Positions 10,336-19,647 of a stretch of DNA of 64,000 bases are shown here, piece after piece. The first letter of the stretch is position 1. Every line of letters starts with the position of its first letter. The notes beneath the pieces were generated by a model. The model saw only the letters and a list, made by a program, of their open reading frames with translations, was not told the DNA's origin and did not search any database. The DNA comes from a candidate division FCPU426 bacterium (lineage in GTDB: Bacteria; Oederibacteriota; Muellerivitia; Muellerivitales; Muellerivitaceae): positions 64,001-128,000 of the forward strand of contig CAVTWJ010000018.1 of assembly GCA_963738405.1 (NCBI GenBank). The letters run 5' to 3'. Made by a program: the position numbers and the translations under genes.

Positions 10336-10671
10336 CTATTCGTCGTTGACTTCAATGCTTTCCACCTGGCAGTCCTTGCCGTCGGTGATTTTTCGGTTGT
10401 AGCCCCCGCAGGAGGGACAAGATTCTGCCATGTTGGCGGTTACATATTGCCACCCGCAGGCGCAGACGAAGGTTGCGGGGATAAACTTGGCCTCTAATAA
10501 AACGCCCTTATAACCTTTATCCTTGAAGATCAATTGCAGGTACATTTCCAGCGAGTCATAGGAAATCCCTGAAAGGTCCCCAATGCTCAAATGGACCTTT
10601 TCAATATCCTTGCCCTGGCTGTTTTCGATCACCAGGTCGGCGATGTTAAGGGCCACCGAATATTCATGCAT
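10336..10671 (-). CDS. hypA: Nickel metallochaperone HypA
   Basis: MHEYS N-terminus, CxC..CPSCG zinc site, IGDLS. Confidence 0.92.
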   Translation of the reverse strand: MHEYSVALNIADLVIENSQGKDIEKVHLSIGDLSGISYDSLEMYLQLIFKDKGYKGVLLEAKFIPATFVCACGWQYVTANMAESCPSCGGYNRKITDGKDCQVESIEVNDE

Positions 10672-10869
10672 GGAGCCGTCTCCTGGGGCCTATGGGAAAT
10701 TCACCCTCCCAAAATAATAGGGGGAAAGGCGGGAAACCCTTTAAGGTCCCCGTCATAATGAAAAAGGGTTCTAGGGTTTAAAGTTCACAGATTCCATTAC
10801 AATGAATTTTATTTATCTATATCAGGGAGATTAACGATGACCGAGACAATTTTAAAAAAAGGAGTTCGT

Positions 10870-11595
10870 ATGAAGGAATATCGAAAAACTTCACCATGGT
10901 TTCTTTTACTTTTTTGTTTTTTGGGGATGACGCTGCTGACCTCCTGCGCCTCCATTGGAAGGCAGTTTCAACTTGGGGGAGTGGATCAGATAACGGTGGG
11001 TTCGACGTCAATGAGCGAAGCCCGCGCTTTGTTGGGCAATCCTCTCCTTGAAATCGACGTTGCCACTTGGGGTTATAAACGTATGCATTTCGGCGATGAA
11101 TCGACGGCCACCCTTTGGAAATATATTTATGCCAGCGGGTCCATTCTTGGATCTAACGTAAAAACCTTGGAGGTGGAATTCAATAAAGACGGGGTTGTGT
11201 CCGATTATTATTTCACCAGCAGTTTTAATGAAGATAAGATCAACGAACCCAAAAATTCCGAAGAAAGGGATTTTGATATTTTCTTGGCCAAGGATCAGAT
11301 TATTCCGGGAAAAACAAACCAAATGGAAGTTTTGACCCTACTTGGCAAAGCCCGACGGGAGATGTCGATTAATAAACCCGGGACCCATGTGAGATGGATT
11401 TATGATTATCAGCATAAATCCAACGACGAGAAAGTGAATGTGCCGGTTTCCACGGCCTTTTCTACTCAAAATGTCGAAATTAATAAGTATTACGGAAAGT
11501 TTCTTTTTATCGATTTCAATCAGGATGGAAAGGTGGTTGATATTAGGGGTGAAAGTGATTTTCCAGCCGACAAGGATAAATTTTTTACGAAATAA
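10870..11595 (+). CDS. Lipoprotein with two SmpA/BamE-like repeats
   Basis: Lipobox LLTSC; repeats ITVGSTSMSEARALLGNP and IIPGKTNQMEVLTLLGKA each followed by WxY..FNxDGxV; RBS GGAG at 10861 (ORF track start 10837). Confidence 0.6.
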   Translation: MKEYRKTSPWFLLLFCFLGMTLLTSCASIGRQFQLGGVDQITVGSTSMSEARALLGNPLLEIDVATWGYKRMHFGDESTATLWKYIYASGSILGSNVKTLEVEFNKDGVVSDYYFTSSFNEDKINEPKNSEERDFDIFLAKDQIIPGKTNQMEVLTLLGKARREMSINKPGTHVRWIYDYQHKSNDEKVNVPVSTAFSTQNVEINKYYGKFLFIDFNQDGKVVDIRGESDFPADKDKFFTK

Positions 11596-11647
11596 TTTAA
11601 GAATGATTTTTTGGACTTGATTCCATGACGAGATGAGGAACAAAAAG

Positions 11648-12700
11648 ATGTCCGATAGCGGTTTTGCGCTCGATTGCCCCATCCCCTTCAGCGATTACGA
11701 CCGGGTGCTTTTGGCCCACGGCGGCGGGGGAACGCTGACCCAGCAGTTGATTGAAAAAATATTCCTGCCCGCCTTTGGAAACGCGCCCCTTTTAAAACGC
11801 CACGACGCCTCGGTGGTGACCCTGTCGGGCACCCGCATCGCCATGACCACGGATTCTTATGTGGTCAAACCCATCTTCTTCCCCGGGGGCGATATCGGAA
11901 AGCTGGCCGTTACCGGAACCGTGAATGACCTGGCCATGGCGGGCGCCAAGCCTCTTTACCTGACCGCCGGGTTCATCTTGGAAGAAGGGTTCCCCTTAGA
12001 CCAACTTTGGAAAATCGTCCAGTCCATGCGTAAAACCGCCGATGAGGCGGGAGTCACCATCGTTACCGGCGACACCAAGGTGGTGGATAAGGGAAAGGGC
12101 GACGGGGTTTTCATCAATACCTCAGGCGTTGGGGTGGTTGAGGGCTCTTGGGATATTTCACCGGCCTCTGTTAAACCCGGCGACACGGTGATCCTCAGCG
12201 GGGATCTGGGCCGGCACGGCATCGCCATCATGGCCGCAAGGGAAGGGTTGGAATTCGAGACAACATTGGAAAGTGACTGCGCCCTTTTGCACGAACCGGT
12301 ATTAGCCCTATTGAAAGCCGGGGTGGATGTCCACTGCTTGAGGGATCTAACCCGGGGCGGGCTGGCCTCGGCGGTCAACGAAATCGCCCAAGCTTCGAAG
12401 CATCCAATACTTCTTGATGAAGCGAATATCCCTATCCCCAAAGCGGTCAATGCCGCCTGTGAGCTTTTGGGGTTGGACCCCCTCTATGTGGCCAACGAAG
12501 GCCGGTTTGCCCTTTTTGTCCCCGAAAAAGAAGTTTCGAAGGCTTTGGAAATTCTCAAAGGCTTTGAAGTCAGCGCCCAAGCAGGGGTAATAGGGCAAGT
12601 TCTGGAAGGCCCCGGTAAATCCGTTCGGTTAAAGAGTGTTACGGGCGCGACAAGAATATTGGACCTTTTAAGCGGGGAACAGCTTCCCCGTATCTGCTAA
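11648..12700 (+). CDS. hypE: Carbamoyl dehydratase HypE
   Basis: [35 protein letters not shown]-terminal PRIC. Confidence 0.96.
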   Translation: MSDSGFALDCPIPFSDYDRVLLAHGGGGTLTQQLIEKIFLPAFGNAPLLKRHDASVVTLSGTRIAMTTDSYVVKPIFFPGGDIGKLAVTGTVNDLAMAGAKPLYLTAGFILEEGFPLDQLWKIVQSMRKTADEAGVTIVTGDTKVVDKGKGDGVFINTSGVGVVEGSWDISPASVKPGDTVILSGDLGRHGIAIMAAREGLEFETTLESDCALLHEPVLALLKAGVDVHCLRDLTRGGLASAVNEIAQASKHPILLDEANIPIPKAVNAACELLGLDPLYVANEGRFALFVPEKEVSKALEILKGFEVSAQAGVIGQVLEGPGKSVRLKSVTGATRILDLLSGEQLPRIC

Positions 12701-12914
12701 GGTCTTAATCGTGGTAAAGATTTTCCCTTTGGGTCCAGCCTGTCATTTTGATGATCAGCTTCGTTGGAACATGTCGGTTTTTAACGATTTAAGGCCCCTT
12801 GAGAAGGTGATTCCGTCCCTTGGGGTTTTTATTAACCTAAAAGACCCTTGATTCGTCTAATCTTTAGTTAGAAAATAATCTTACAACGCTTCGATAAGCT
12901 ATTAGGAGGCAACT

Positions 12915-13328
12915 ATGGGTAGCGCAAAATTAAATCTATTACTTTCCCTCGCCGCCGTTGTCGGTTTGGCGATAGGGTGCAGTACCAAGCAGGTTCAAAC
13001 CACCGAGGTTCCGAAAGAAACGGCGCCAGTTGCGGCGGTTCCGACCCCGACCAGTTTAAAAGATTACATGGTGATGAAGCATGACACCCTTTGGGGCATC
13101 GCCGGCAAAAAGAGCATCTACGCTGATAACTTTGCCTGGCCCTTGATCTTCAAGACCAACCGCGACCTGATCACCGACCCGGATTTGATCTATCCCAAAC
13201 AGGATTTCAAAATCCGCACCGGTGTTTCGGACGACGACATGTCGGGAGCCCGCACCTTGGCTTCCAAGACGCCGAAGTTCACCCCCCACAGCGAACCCCG
13301 TTCCACCCTGCCGATCGATTATTTCTGA
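12915..13328 (+). CDS. LysM-domain lipoprotein
   Basis: Lipobox AIGC; YMVMKHDTLWGIA..WPLIFKTN..DPDLIYP; RBS AGGAGG. Confidence 0.85.
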   Translation: MGSAKLNLLLSLAAVVGLAIGCSTKQVQTTEVPKETAPVAAVPTPTSLKDYMVMKHDTLWGIAGKKSIYADNFAWPLIFKTNRDLITDPDLIYPKQDFKIRTGVSDDDMSGARTLASKTPKFTPHSEPRSTLPIDYF

Positions 13329-13343
13329 TGACCGCTGTCAATC

Positions 13344-13375
13344 AAGCCCGTCCCTCTAGGGGGACGGGCTTTTTT
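13344..13375 (+). terminator. Rho-independent terminator
   Basis: AAGCCCGTCCC-loop-GGGACGGGCTT followed by a T-run, after the LysM gene. Confidence 0.85.
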
Positions 13376-13410
13376 GTTGAATGGGCCTTTTTTTCCGGGA
13401 GTGAAAAAGA

Positions 13411-13626
13411 ATGAGCGGCGACTTTAAAGAGGAAATCCAGCAAAGTGCCCTTCAGGCGGCCTTGAGGACACTGGAAGCCAAGACGGCTTCCTTGGTATGC
13501 CCCGTCCACGGCCAAAGCCCCAAGTTGAAGATGACCGAAGGGGGCGGCCCCGGAAAGCAAAACATGGGTTTTGATTGCTGCTGCGACGTGCTGGCCAAGA
13601 TGATGAAAGAAACATTAGAAAATTAA
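13411..13626 (+). CDS. Small Cys/His-containing hypothetical protein
   Basis: 71 aa, CPVH...CCC, host-like codon usage, GGGAG upstream. Confidence 0.6.
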   Translation: MSGDFKEEIQQSALQAALRTLEAKTASLVCPVHGQSPKLKMTEGGGPGKQNMGFDCCCDVLAKMMKETLEN

Positions 13627-13634
13627 AGGCGAAT

Positions 13635-13721
13635 CCACCACCAAGACACCAAGTACGGCAACCATTCTTATGTTTTAAACAATATTTTTTCTTGGTGCCT
13701 TGGTGTCTTGGTGGTGAAAAT
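13635..13721 (+). repeat. Miniature inverted-repeat element, copy 2
   Basis: CACCACCAAGACACCAAG ... CTTGGTGCCTTGGTGTCTTGGTGGTG arms forming a long hairpin. Confidence 0.85.
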
Positions 13722-13776
13722 AGGTTTTGTTTTTAAGCTTTAAGTCTCAAACCCCAACATTCCCGAGGTAATCACC

Positions 13777-14793
13777 ATGGCTCAAAAAATCCGCTGGGGC
13801 ATCCTTTCCACCGGGGGGATCGCCCACGCCTTCGCCCAAGCCCTCAAGGTTTCCCAAACCGGCGTGCTCGCAGCCGTGGCCAGCCGGGATGAAAAGACGG
13901 CCTTGGCCTTCGCCCGCCAGTATCAAGCCCGCTCCTATTACGGTTCCTACGAAGAACTGTTGATGGACCCGGAAGTGGACGCGGTTTATATCGCCCCGCC
14001 CCATCCCTTCCACGCCGAGTGGGCGATTGAAGCGGCCAAGGCGAAAAAGCACATCCTGTGCGAAAAACCCCTGACCATGAACCCTCGGGATACCCAAGGG
14101 GTCTTGGAAGCGGCCAAGAAGCACCGGGTCTTTTTAATGGAAGCCTTCATGTACCGTTGCCACCCCCAGACTGAGCGGTTGGTTCAACTGATAGGGCAAA
14201 AAGCGGTGGGTGAGGTAAAGCTGATTGAATCGGTATTCAGCTTTAACCGGCCGCAGGATTTGAAACACCGGCTTTGGAACAAAAAGCTCGGCGGCGGCGG
14301 AATCCTCGATATCGGGTGCTACCCGGCCTCCATGGCACGGTTGTTGGCGGGGGCCGCCTCGGGCAAGCCCTTTTTGAACCCCTCGGTGGTGGCGGGAACC
14401 GGCGTGATTTCCAAATCAAGCCCCATCGACGAGCTTTCCGCCGCGTCGCTGAAGTTTCCCAACGGGGTGTTGGCCCAAATTTTCTGCGGGTTAAGCCTGG
14501 CCAAGGGCGTAGGCGTGACGGTTTGGGGATCGAAGGGGAAAATACACGCGCCTTCCCCCTGGCACCCGGGCAGATGGACGAAGGGCGTCTCGACGATTGA
14601 AATTCAGCTTTACGACAAGAAGCCCAAGGTCTTGAAAGTGGTGAAGGCCCTGAACCTTTACGCCGTTGAGGCGGATGAGGTGGGGCGCTGCCTATTAAAG
14701 GGTCTCAAACAATCGCCCCGCATGTCCTGGGCGGACACCTTAGGCAACGCTAAGACTTTGGAAGCATGGTTGAAGGCAGTTCATACGAAATAG
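13777..14793 (+). CDS. Gfo/Idh/MocA family oxidoreductase
   Basis: WGILSTGGIA, HILCEKP, GGGGILDIGCY. Confidence 0.92.
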   Translation: MAQKIRWGILSTGGIAHAFAQALKVSQTGVLAAVASRDEKTALAFARQYQARSYYGSYEELLMDPEVDAVYIAPPHPFHAEWAIEAAKAKKHILCEKPLTMNPRDTQGVLEAAKKHRVFLMEAFMYRCHPQTERLVQLIGQKAVGEVKLIESVFSFNRPQDLKHRLWNKKLGGGGILDIGCYPASMARLLAGAASGKPFLNPSVVAGTGVISKSSPIDELSAASLKFPNGVLAQIFCGLSLAKGVGVTVWGSKGKIHAPSPWHPGRWTKGVSTIEIQLYDKKPKVLKVVKALNLYAVEADEVGRCLLKGLKQSPRMSWADTLGNAKTLEAWLKAVHTK

Positions 14794-14823
14794 GAATAGG
14801 CTGAAATTGTTTGGGGAGAGGAA

Positions 14824-15666
14824 TTACGCCGGGACCAGCTCGTCGTAGGTGCGGATGGTGTTGATAACTTCATCGATCAGATAATCCGGGGTCGAGGCCC
14901 CGGCGGTGATGCCGACCTTGGTTTTTCCCTCAAACCATTTGGGGTCCAGTTCCTGGGCGGTTTCGACGTGGTGGGTGGCATCGGGCAAAAAGGCCTCGCA
15001 AGTATCCGCCAGCTTGTGGGTGTTCGAAGAATTGCGGCCCCCGATGACGATCATGATTTGAACCTGCTGGGACAAAGCCGCCGCGGCGCTTTGCCGGTCT
15101 TTGGTGGGCTTGCAGATGGTGTTAACGGGTTTCACTTCCGAACAGCGCTCCCTTAACAGCTCCACGAAACGATCGAATTTTTCCATCAACAAGGTGCTTT
15201 GGCACACCACCCCGATACGGGCGCCTTGGGGCACCTGGGCGATATCCTCCTCGTTATAAACGATGAGGGGGTCCTTCATGCGGCTGGCGATGCCCTTCAC
15301 TTCCACGTGCTTGGGGTCGCCGATGATGACGATCTGAAAACCTTGGTCCTGCAGTTTTACGCCCTCGTTGTAGATCTTGGTGACCAGGGGGCAGGTGGTG
15401 TCGATGATCTCCATGCCCTTTTCTTTCATCGTGTCCAAAACCTTGATATCTAGGCCGTGGGCGGTGATGACGACCTTGTTGTCTTCCACATCCTCGAGGG
15501 AATGGACGATTTTCTTGTTGAGGGAGGCCAGCCGGGCCACTTCCTGGGGGTTGTGGATGAGGGAACCGAAGATGAAGGCCTTATCCATGGTTTCGGCCCT
15601 CTGGATGGCGCGCTTCACGCCGAAGCAGAAGCCGGCGGCGGTGGCGACGATGATTTCACGAGACAT
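14824..15666 (-). CDS. ispH: 4-hydroxy-3-methylbut-2-enyl diphosphate reductase
   Basis: GFCFGV, IHN, AHG, DTTCPLV, HVEV, TIC, SSNT, GITAGASTP; start placed at MSREII after GGGGAG. Confidence 0.95.
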   Translation of the reverse strand: MSREIIVATAAGFCFGVKRAIQRAETMDKAFIFGSLIHNPQEVARLASLNKKIVHSLEDVEDNKVVITAHGLDIKVLDTMKEKGMEIIDTTCPLVTKIYNEGVKLQDQGFQIVIIGDPKHVEVKGIASRMKDPLIVYNEEDIAQVPQGARIGVVCQSTLLMEKFDRFVELLRERCSEVKPVNTICKPTKDRQSAAAALSQQVQIMIVIGGRNSSNTHKLADTCEAFLPDATHHVETAQELDPKWFEGKTKVGITAGASTPDYLIDEVINTIRTYDELVPA

Positions 15667-15778
15667 ACAAGCTCCCCTGGGTTGAAACTGCCCGCGACCT
15701 TTAGGGCTTTGGGAAAAGCGATTATATATAATAGGGTCGAAAGAAAGCACCCTCCCCCCCTTTCCATGGAGCCAACCT

Positions 15779-18700
15779 TTGAGTTTTTCAATTTATTTAG
15801 GCCCCTATCGGCCTTTTCTCGAACGGTCACTCTTTGATGAGGTGAAGAATCTCCGGCAAAAAGACCCCCTGACGCCGCTGGTGGTGCTGGTTCCCAACCG
15901 CTTGCTGGTGCGCCATCTGCGGGAGGCTTTGGCGCAAGACCAGGGGAAAATTTTCAACATCCGGTTCCTGACCTTCCACCAATATCTGCTGGAAGCCACC
16001 GAGGGGAAATGGATTCAAGAGGGGTTTCGGATGCTTCCCGAATCCCTGGTGTCCTGGGTTTTGCGGGAAACGGCCAGGGGACTCAAGCCCGCATTAAGGT
16101 CCTTCAAGTCGGTGGAAGAAACCCCCGGTTTCCACAGGACCCTCCAGGCCACCCTTTCCGAACTTCGGCAAGCCGGAATCGACCCGGCGGACCTGAAAGA
16201 ATCCTCCCGCAAGATCGGGAAGGACAAGACCCGCAAGAGGCTTTCGGAAAAATGGGATGAATTTTCCAAAATTCTTTCAGCCTATGAAGCCTGGAAGCGC
16301 CAGGAGAAATGGAAAGACCGGGAAGACCTTTATGTCGACGCCCTGACCCTGCCGCCGCCCGAAACCCCGATTTGGGCTTACGGCTTTTATGACGCACCGA
16401 CGCTACAAAAAAAAGTGTTACTTCACTTAACAGCAAAACCTGAGATTGCCACGTCGCCAAACGCCCCGATTGGGGCGGCTCCTCGCAATGACAATAAAAT
16501 GGAAAATTATTGGTTTATTCCCTACGAAGACCATCCGGCTTTTGAATACGCCAAGCCTTTCGTGGAATGGGCGAAAGAATATGGGAACGTTAAAGGCGTC
16601 GGGAAATATGAAAGTGAAAAGAAAACGCCGTTAGGTAAGTTACAGAACAACATATTTAAAACCGAACAACCTCAAGGCACCCCTCACCCTGACCCTCTCC
16701 CTCAAGGGGAGAGGGCGGCTGGTGCTCTAAAGTTTGAGGACTCCGATGTGAAGATTCTTCTGTGTCCCGGTGAACCCCGTGAAATGCGGGAAGTGGTAAG
16801 GTCCATCACCGAGGAAGCCCAGAGGCAGGGAAGTTCCTTTTCCCAATGCGGGTTGATATTGCGGCAGTTCGATGCCTACCGCCGGGAAATCGTTCCGGCC
16901 TTCGACGGCCAGAAAATCCCCATCGCCAAAAAGCCCCCGGTCTTTTTGTTAGAAACCCCGGAGGCCAAGGCCTTTTTGCTTCTGCTCGAATGTTTCCAGA
17001 ACGAATTTCCACGTGAGACCCTGATGAATTTCCTATCCAGCCCCAACCTGGATCCTTCGGGTTTTGGCCTCAAGAGCGCCGACTGGAATCCTCATTTGTG
17101 GGACCAGGCTTCCAAGGAAGCGGGCATCGTGGAAGGCGAAGGCGCCTGGCTTGACCGCTTGCAGGACCATCTACATGAAGGTTCCGACCCCGAAGGGCGG
17201 GATGAGGAAAGCTTCTCGAAAGAAGAAAGGGAAACGCTGAAGGCCTTCCGAAACCAGGTGCTTCATACGCTCTTCCAAGGGCGGCGGTTGTTCGAGAAAG
17301 AAAAGAACTGGGTGGGTAAGACTCGGGTGCTTTTTGACCTGGTCGAAAAGATCTTCCGGCCTTCCGAGGCGAAGGAACAATTGAAGACCCTTCGACGCGG
17401 CGTGGAGATTCTTTCCAAAGATTCTTTCACGGTCGAGAAAGACGAGTTGGCTTCGCTTCTCACTGGACTCATGGATGAGGTATCAATCCCCTGGGAGATT
17501 TCCGGCTTCGGCGGGGTCGAGGTGTCGGACCTCATGCAGGCCCGGGGCGTTCCCTTTGATGTGGTGGTTTTGCCCGGCTTGGTGGAGCAGGGCTTTCCCC
17601 GTGTGCCCCGGCAAGACCCTCTTTTGTTGGATGAGGAACGGCGCTTGCTCAACGGCCTACTTGAAGGCAAGGCCCATATCCCCGAGAAATCGGAGGGCCG
17701 ATTGGAAGAAAAGCTTCTCTTTCTTCTCATGGCCCGAAGCGCCAAGAAATGCCTTATCCTCACCGCCTCACATTTGCATCCCGGCACGGGCGCACCAAGG
17801 GTTCCATCCAGCTACCTGCACGAGACCCTTCGGGCCGTAACCGGCCAACGCCAGGCTGAATGGGGCGCGGATTCCCCCTATATCAAGAAGGTCGCGGTGT
17901 CCGATTGGATCAGGGACGAGGGCGCCACCCGGGTCGATGACCTGGAAGAGGTGCTTACCCGTTTTCAGGAAGCCCGCCAGGGCAACCCCCTGCCCGCCCA
18001 GGCCTATTTGGAAGGGAAGCCCTTCTATCAGGAAGCACGGGAAATGCTTCAGGAACGGCAGGGCAAGCGTCGTTTCACCCCCTATGACGGGGTCTTTGAG
18101 GATGCCAAGACCATCGAAAGGCTCAGCCAGGAACATTCCCTGCAACATAAACCCCTTTCGGCCTCGCGTCTGGAAACCTACGCCACCTGCCCACTGCGCT
18201 ATTTCTACCGCTATGTGCTGGGGTTGAAGATCCACCCCGAGCCTGAGCGGGTCTTTCAGTTGGACCCGGCGGAAAAGGGAAACCTGATGCACCAGGTTTT
18301 GGAGGAAGTTCTTTCCCGGGGCGTGAAGGAAGGCTGGCTGAAAGAACGCGACCAGGAGAAGGCCCGCAAGGTTCTTGGCGAAGAGACCCAGCGCATCTTC
18401 AAAAAGTTTGAAAAGGAAGGCGTGCCCGGATCGCTGGCCTTGTGGCAGTGGAGCCAGTTAATTTTGACCCAGGACCTGGAAAGGGTTTTGCGGGAGGTTT
18501 TGGAAGACCCAAATTGGACTCCTGTCGATTTTGAAAAGGCCTTTGGCCGTCCGGGCCAAGCCGAAGTGGCCTTTACCTCCCCCGCCGGAATCTTTCGGCT
18601 GGAAGGCTTCATGGACCGGGTGGATGTAAAAGCGGACGGGAAACACTTAAGGGTCGTGGATTACAAATCGGGTAGCGCTATCGGGTTCAAGAAGAACAGC

Positions 18701-19048
18701 GTGAAGGAAGGCACCAAGATCCAAATGCCTCTTTATCTCTGGGCCTGCCGCACGCTTTATCCCCATCTGACCCCCGAACAAGCGGTCTATGAGTTCATCA
18801 CCGCCAAGGGCGGCTACGGTTCTACGCCCTTCGATGCCACCGATTGGAACAAGGTCGAGGAACCCCTGAAGGCTCTTTTGACAACGGCCTCGCAAGCAGT
18901 GGAGCGGGGCCTTTTCCCCGCGGCGGCCAAGGCTTGCGAGCGATGTGACTTTAGATTGCTCTGCGGGCCGGGCGCTGAAAAGCGGGGAGAACGGAAGAGG
19001 GAAGATATGAAGGTTGGGGATTATTACAAGCTAGAAGAATTATTGTGA
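15779..19048 (+). CDS. addB: AddB/RexB-like inactive helicase with C-terminal PD-(D/E)XK nuclease
   Basis: SASRLETYATCP, GFMDRVD, VVDYKSG, QMPLY, CxxC..C (four-Cys Fe-S staple); upstream of addA. Confidence 0.85.
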   Translation: MSFSIYLGPYRPFLERSLFDEVKNLRQKDPLTPLVVLVPNRLLVRHLREALAQDQGKIFNIRFLTFHQYLLEATEGKWIQEGFRMLPESLVSWVLRETARGLKPALRSFKSVEETPGFHRTLQATLSELRQAGIDPADLKESSRKIGKDKTRKRLSEKWDEFSKILSAYEAWKRQEKWKDREDLYVDALTLPPPETPIWAYGFYDAPTLQKKVLLHLTAKPEIATSPNAPIGAAPRNDNKMENYWFIPYEDHPAFEYAKPFVEWAKEYGNVKGVGKYESEKKTPLGKLQNNIFKTEQPQGTPHPDPLPQGERAAGALKFEDSDVKILLCPGEPREMREVVRSITEEAQRQGSSFSQCGLILRQFDAYRREIVPAFDGQKIPIAKKPPVFLLETPEAKAFLLLLECFQNEFPRETLMNFLSSPNLDPSGFGLKSADWNPHLWDQASKEAGIVEGEGAWLDRLQDHLHEGSDPEGRDEESFSKEERETLKAFRNQVLHTLFQGRRLFEKEKNWVGKTRVLFDLVEKIFRPSEAKEQLKTLRRGVEILSKDSFTVEKDELASLLTGLMDEVSIPWEISGFGGVEVSDLMQARGVPFDVVVLPGLVEQGFPRVPRQDPLLLDEERRLLNGLLEGKAHIPEKSEGRLEEKLLFLLMARSAKKCLILTASHLHPGTGAPRVPSSYLHETLRAVTGQRQAEWGADSPYIKKVAVSDWIRDEGATRVDDLEEVLTRFQEARQGNPLPAQAYLEGKPFYQEAREMLQERQGKRRFTPYDGVFEDAKTIERLSQEHSLQHKPLSASRLETYATCPLRYFYRYVLGLKIHPEPERVFQLDPAEKGNLMHQVLEEVLSRGVKEGWLKERDQEKARKVLGEETQRIFKKFEKEGVPGSLALWQWSQLILTQDLERVLREVLEDPNWTPVDFEKAFGRPGQAEVAFTSPAGIFRLEGFMDRVDVKADGKHLRVVDYKSGSAIGFKKNSVKEGTKIQMPLYLWACRTLYPHLTPEQAVYEFITAKGGYGSTPFDATDWNKVEEPLKALLTTASQAVERGLFPAAAKACERCDFRLLCGPGAEKRGERKREDMKVGDYYKLEELL
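16442..16492 (+). repeat. Palindromic repeat inserted in-frame in addB (GAGATTGCCACG...CTCGCAATGAC type)
   Basis: 51 nt encoding EIATSPNAPIGAAPRND, inner hairpin CGCCCC-GATT-GGGGCG. Confidence 0.7.
16681..16715 (+). repeat. BoxC-like palindromic repeat in-frame in addB
   Basis: CCCTCACCCTGACCCTCTCCCTCAAGGGGAGAGGG; stem CCCTCTCCC/GGGAGAGGG; encodes PHPDPLPQGER. Confidence 0.75.
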
Positions 19049-19064
19049 AAGGAGTTATTGAGAT

Positions 19065-19595
19065 ATGAAATATTTTACAGGTGATATGTGGATGGGAGTT
19101 AATTCTTCAAATAAGAAGGTAATTAATAAAGCCGATTTAATGTGGAAAAGAAATATAAAAGCTTATTCAAAACAATTAGATGGATTAAGGAAACATTTAG
19201 GGAAAAGAAACTATGATTTTTTTAAAAATATTTCTTTGCACGATAGTTGTTTTATTTCATTCAAGTTCAACCAACGTGAAAGTGAAAGTGTTCAAAAGAT
19301 ATTAAGATCGCCATTTAATTTTCAAAAAAGAATAATTGAAATAATAACTATAGAAGCCGAAAAGAATCAGATAGTTAAATTGATTTATAAAAAAGTATTT
19401 TCTGTCTTTATGGATTTGCCTGAAAAAGCACCTTTATTCGATGACTCTGATTATTTGGGGGGATGGGGTTATGGAGAATTAACATTAGATAAAAAAGGCC
19501 ATCTTCAGCATGAAATACTTTTTAGCACTGGTGCGACGATTAAAATCGCCTTTGAAAATTTTGACTTTAAATATTTGTCAAAACCAAAGGTTTGA
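19065..19595 (+). CDS. AT-rich hypothetical protein (DUF4085-like) between addB and addA
   Basis: MKYFT.., SLHD, WGYGEL..HEILF pattern; RBS AAGGAG; strongly AT-rich. Confidence 0.6.
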   Translation: MKYFTGDMWMGVNSSNKKVINKADLMWKRNIKAYSKQLDGLRKHLGKRNYDFFKNISLHDSCFISFKFNQRESESVQKILRSPFNFQKRIIEIITIEAEKNQIVKLIYKKVFSVFMDLPEKAPLFDDSDYLGGWGYGELTLDKKGHLQHEILFSTGATIKIAFENFDFKYLSKPKV

Positions 19596-19647
19596 ACATC
19601 CATAACGTGGAGCTAGACCGAATGACTTGTAAATACTGGAAAACGAA

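Noticed and set aside
10176..13721. CCAAG repeats as a CRISPR array
   Set aside because: Inverted arms rather than regularly spaced direct repeats with unique spacers; no cas genes
17181..17202. CCGACCCCGAAGGGCGGG in addB as another inserted palindrome
   Set aside because: Imperfect stem, no second copy or flanking duplication seen
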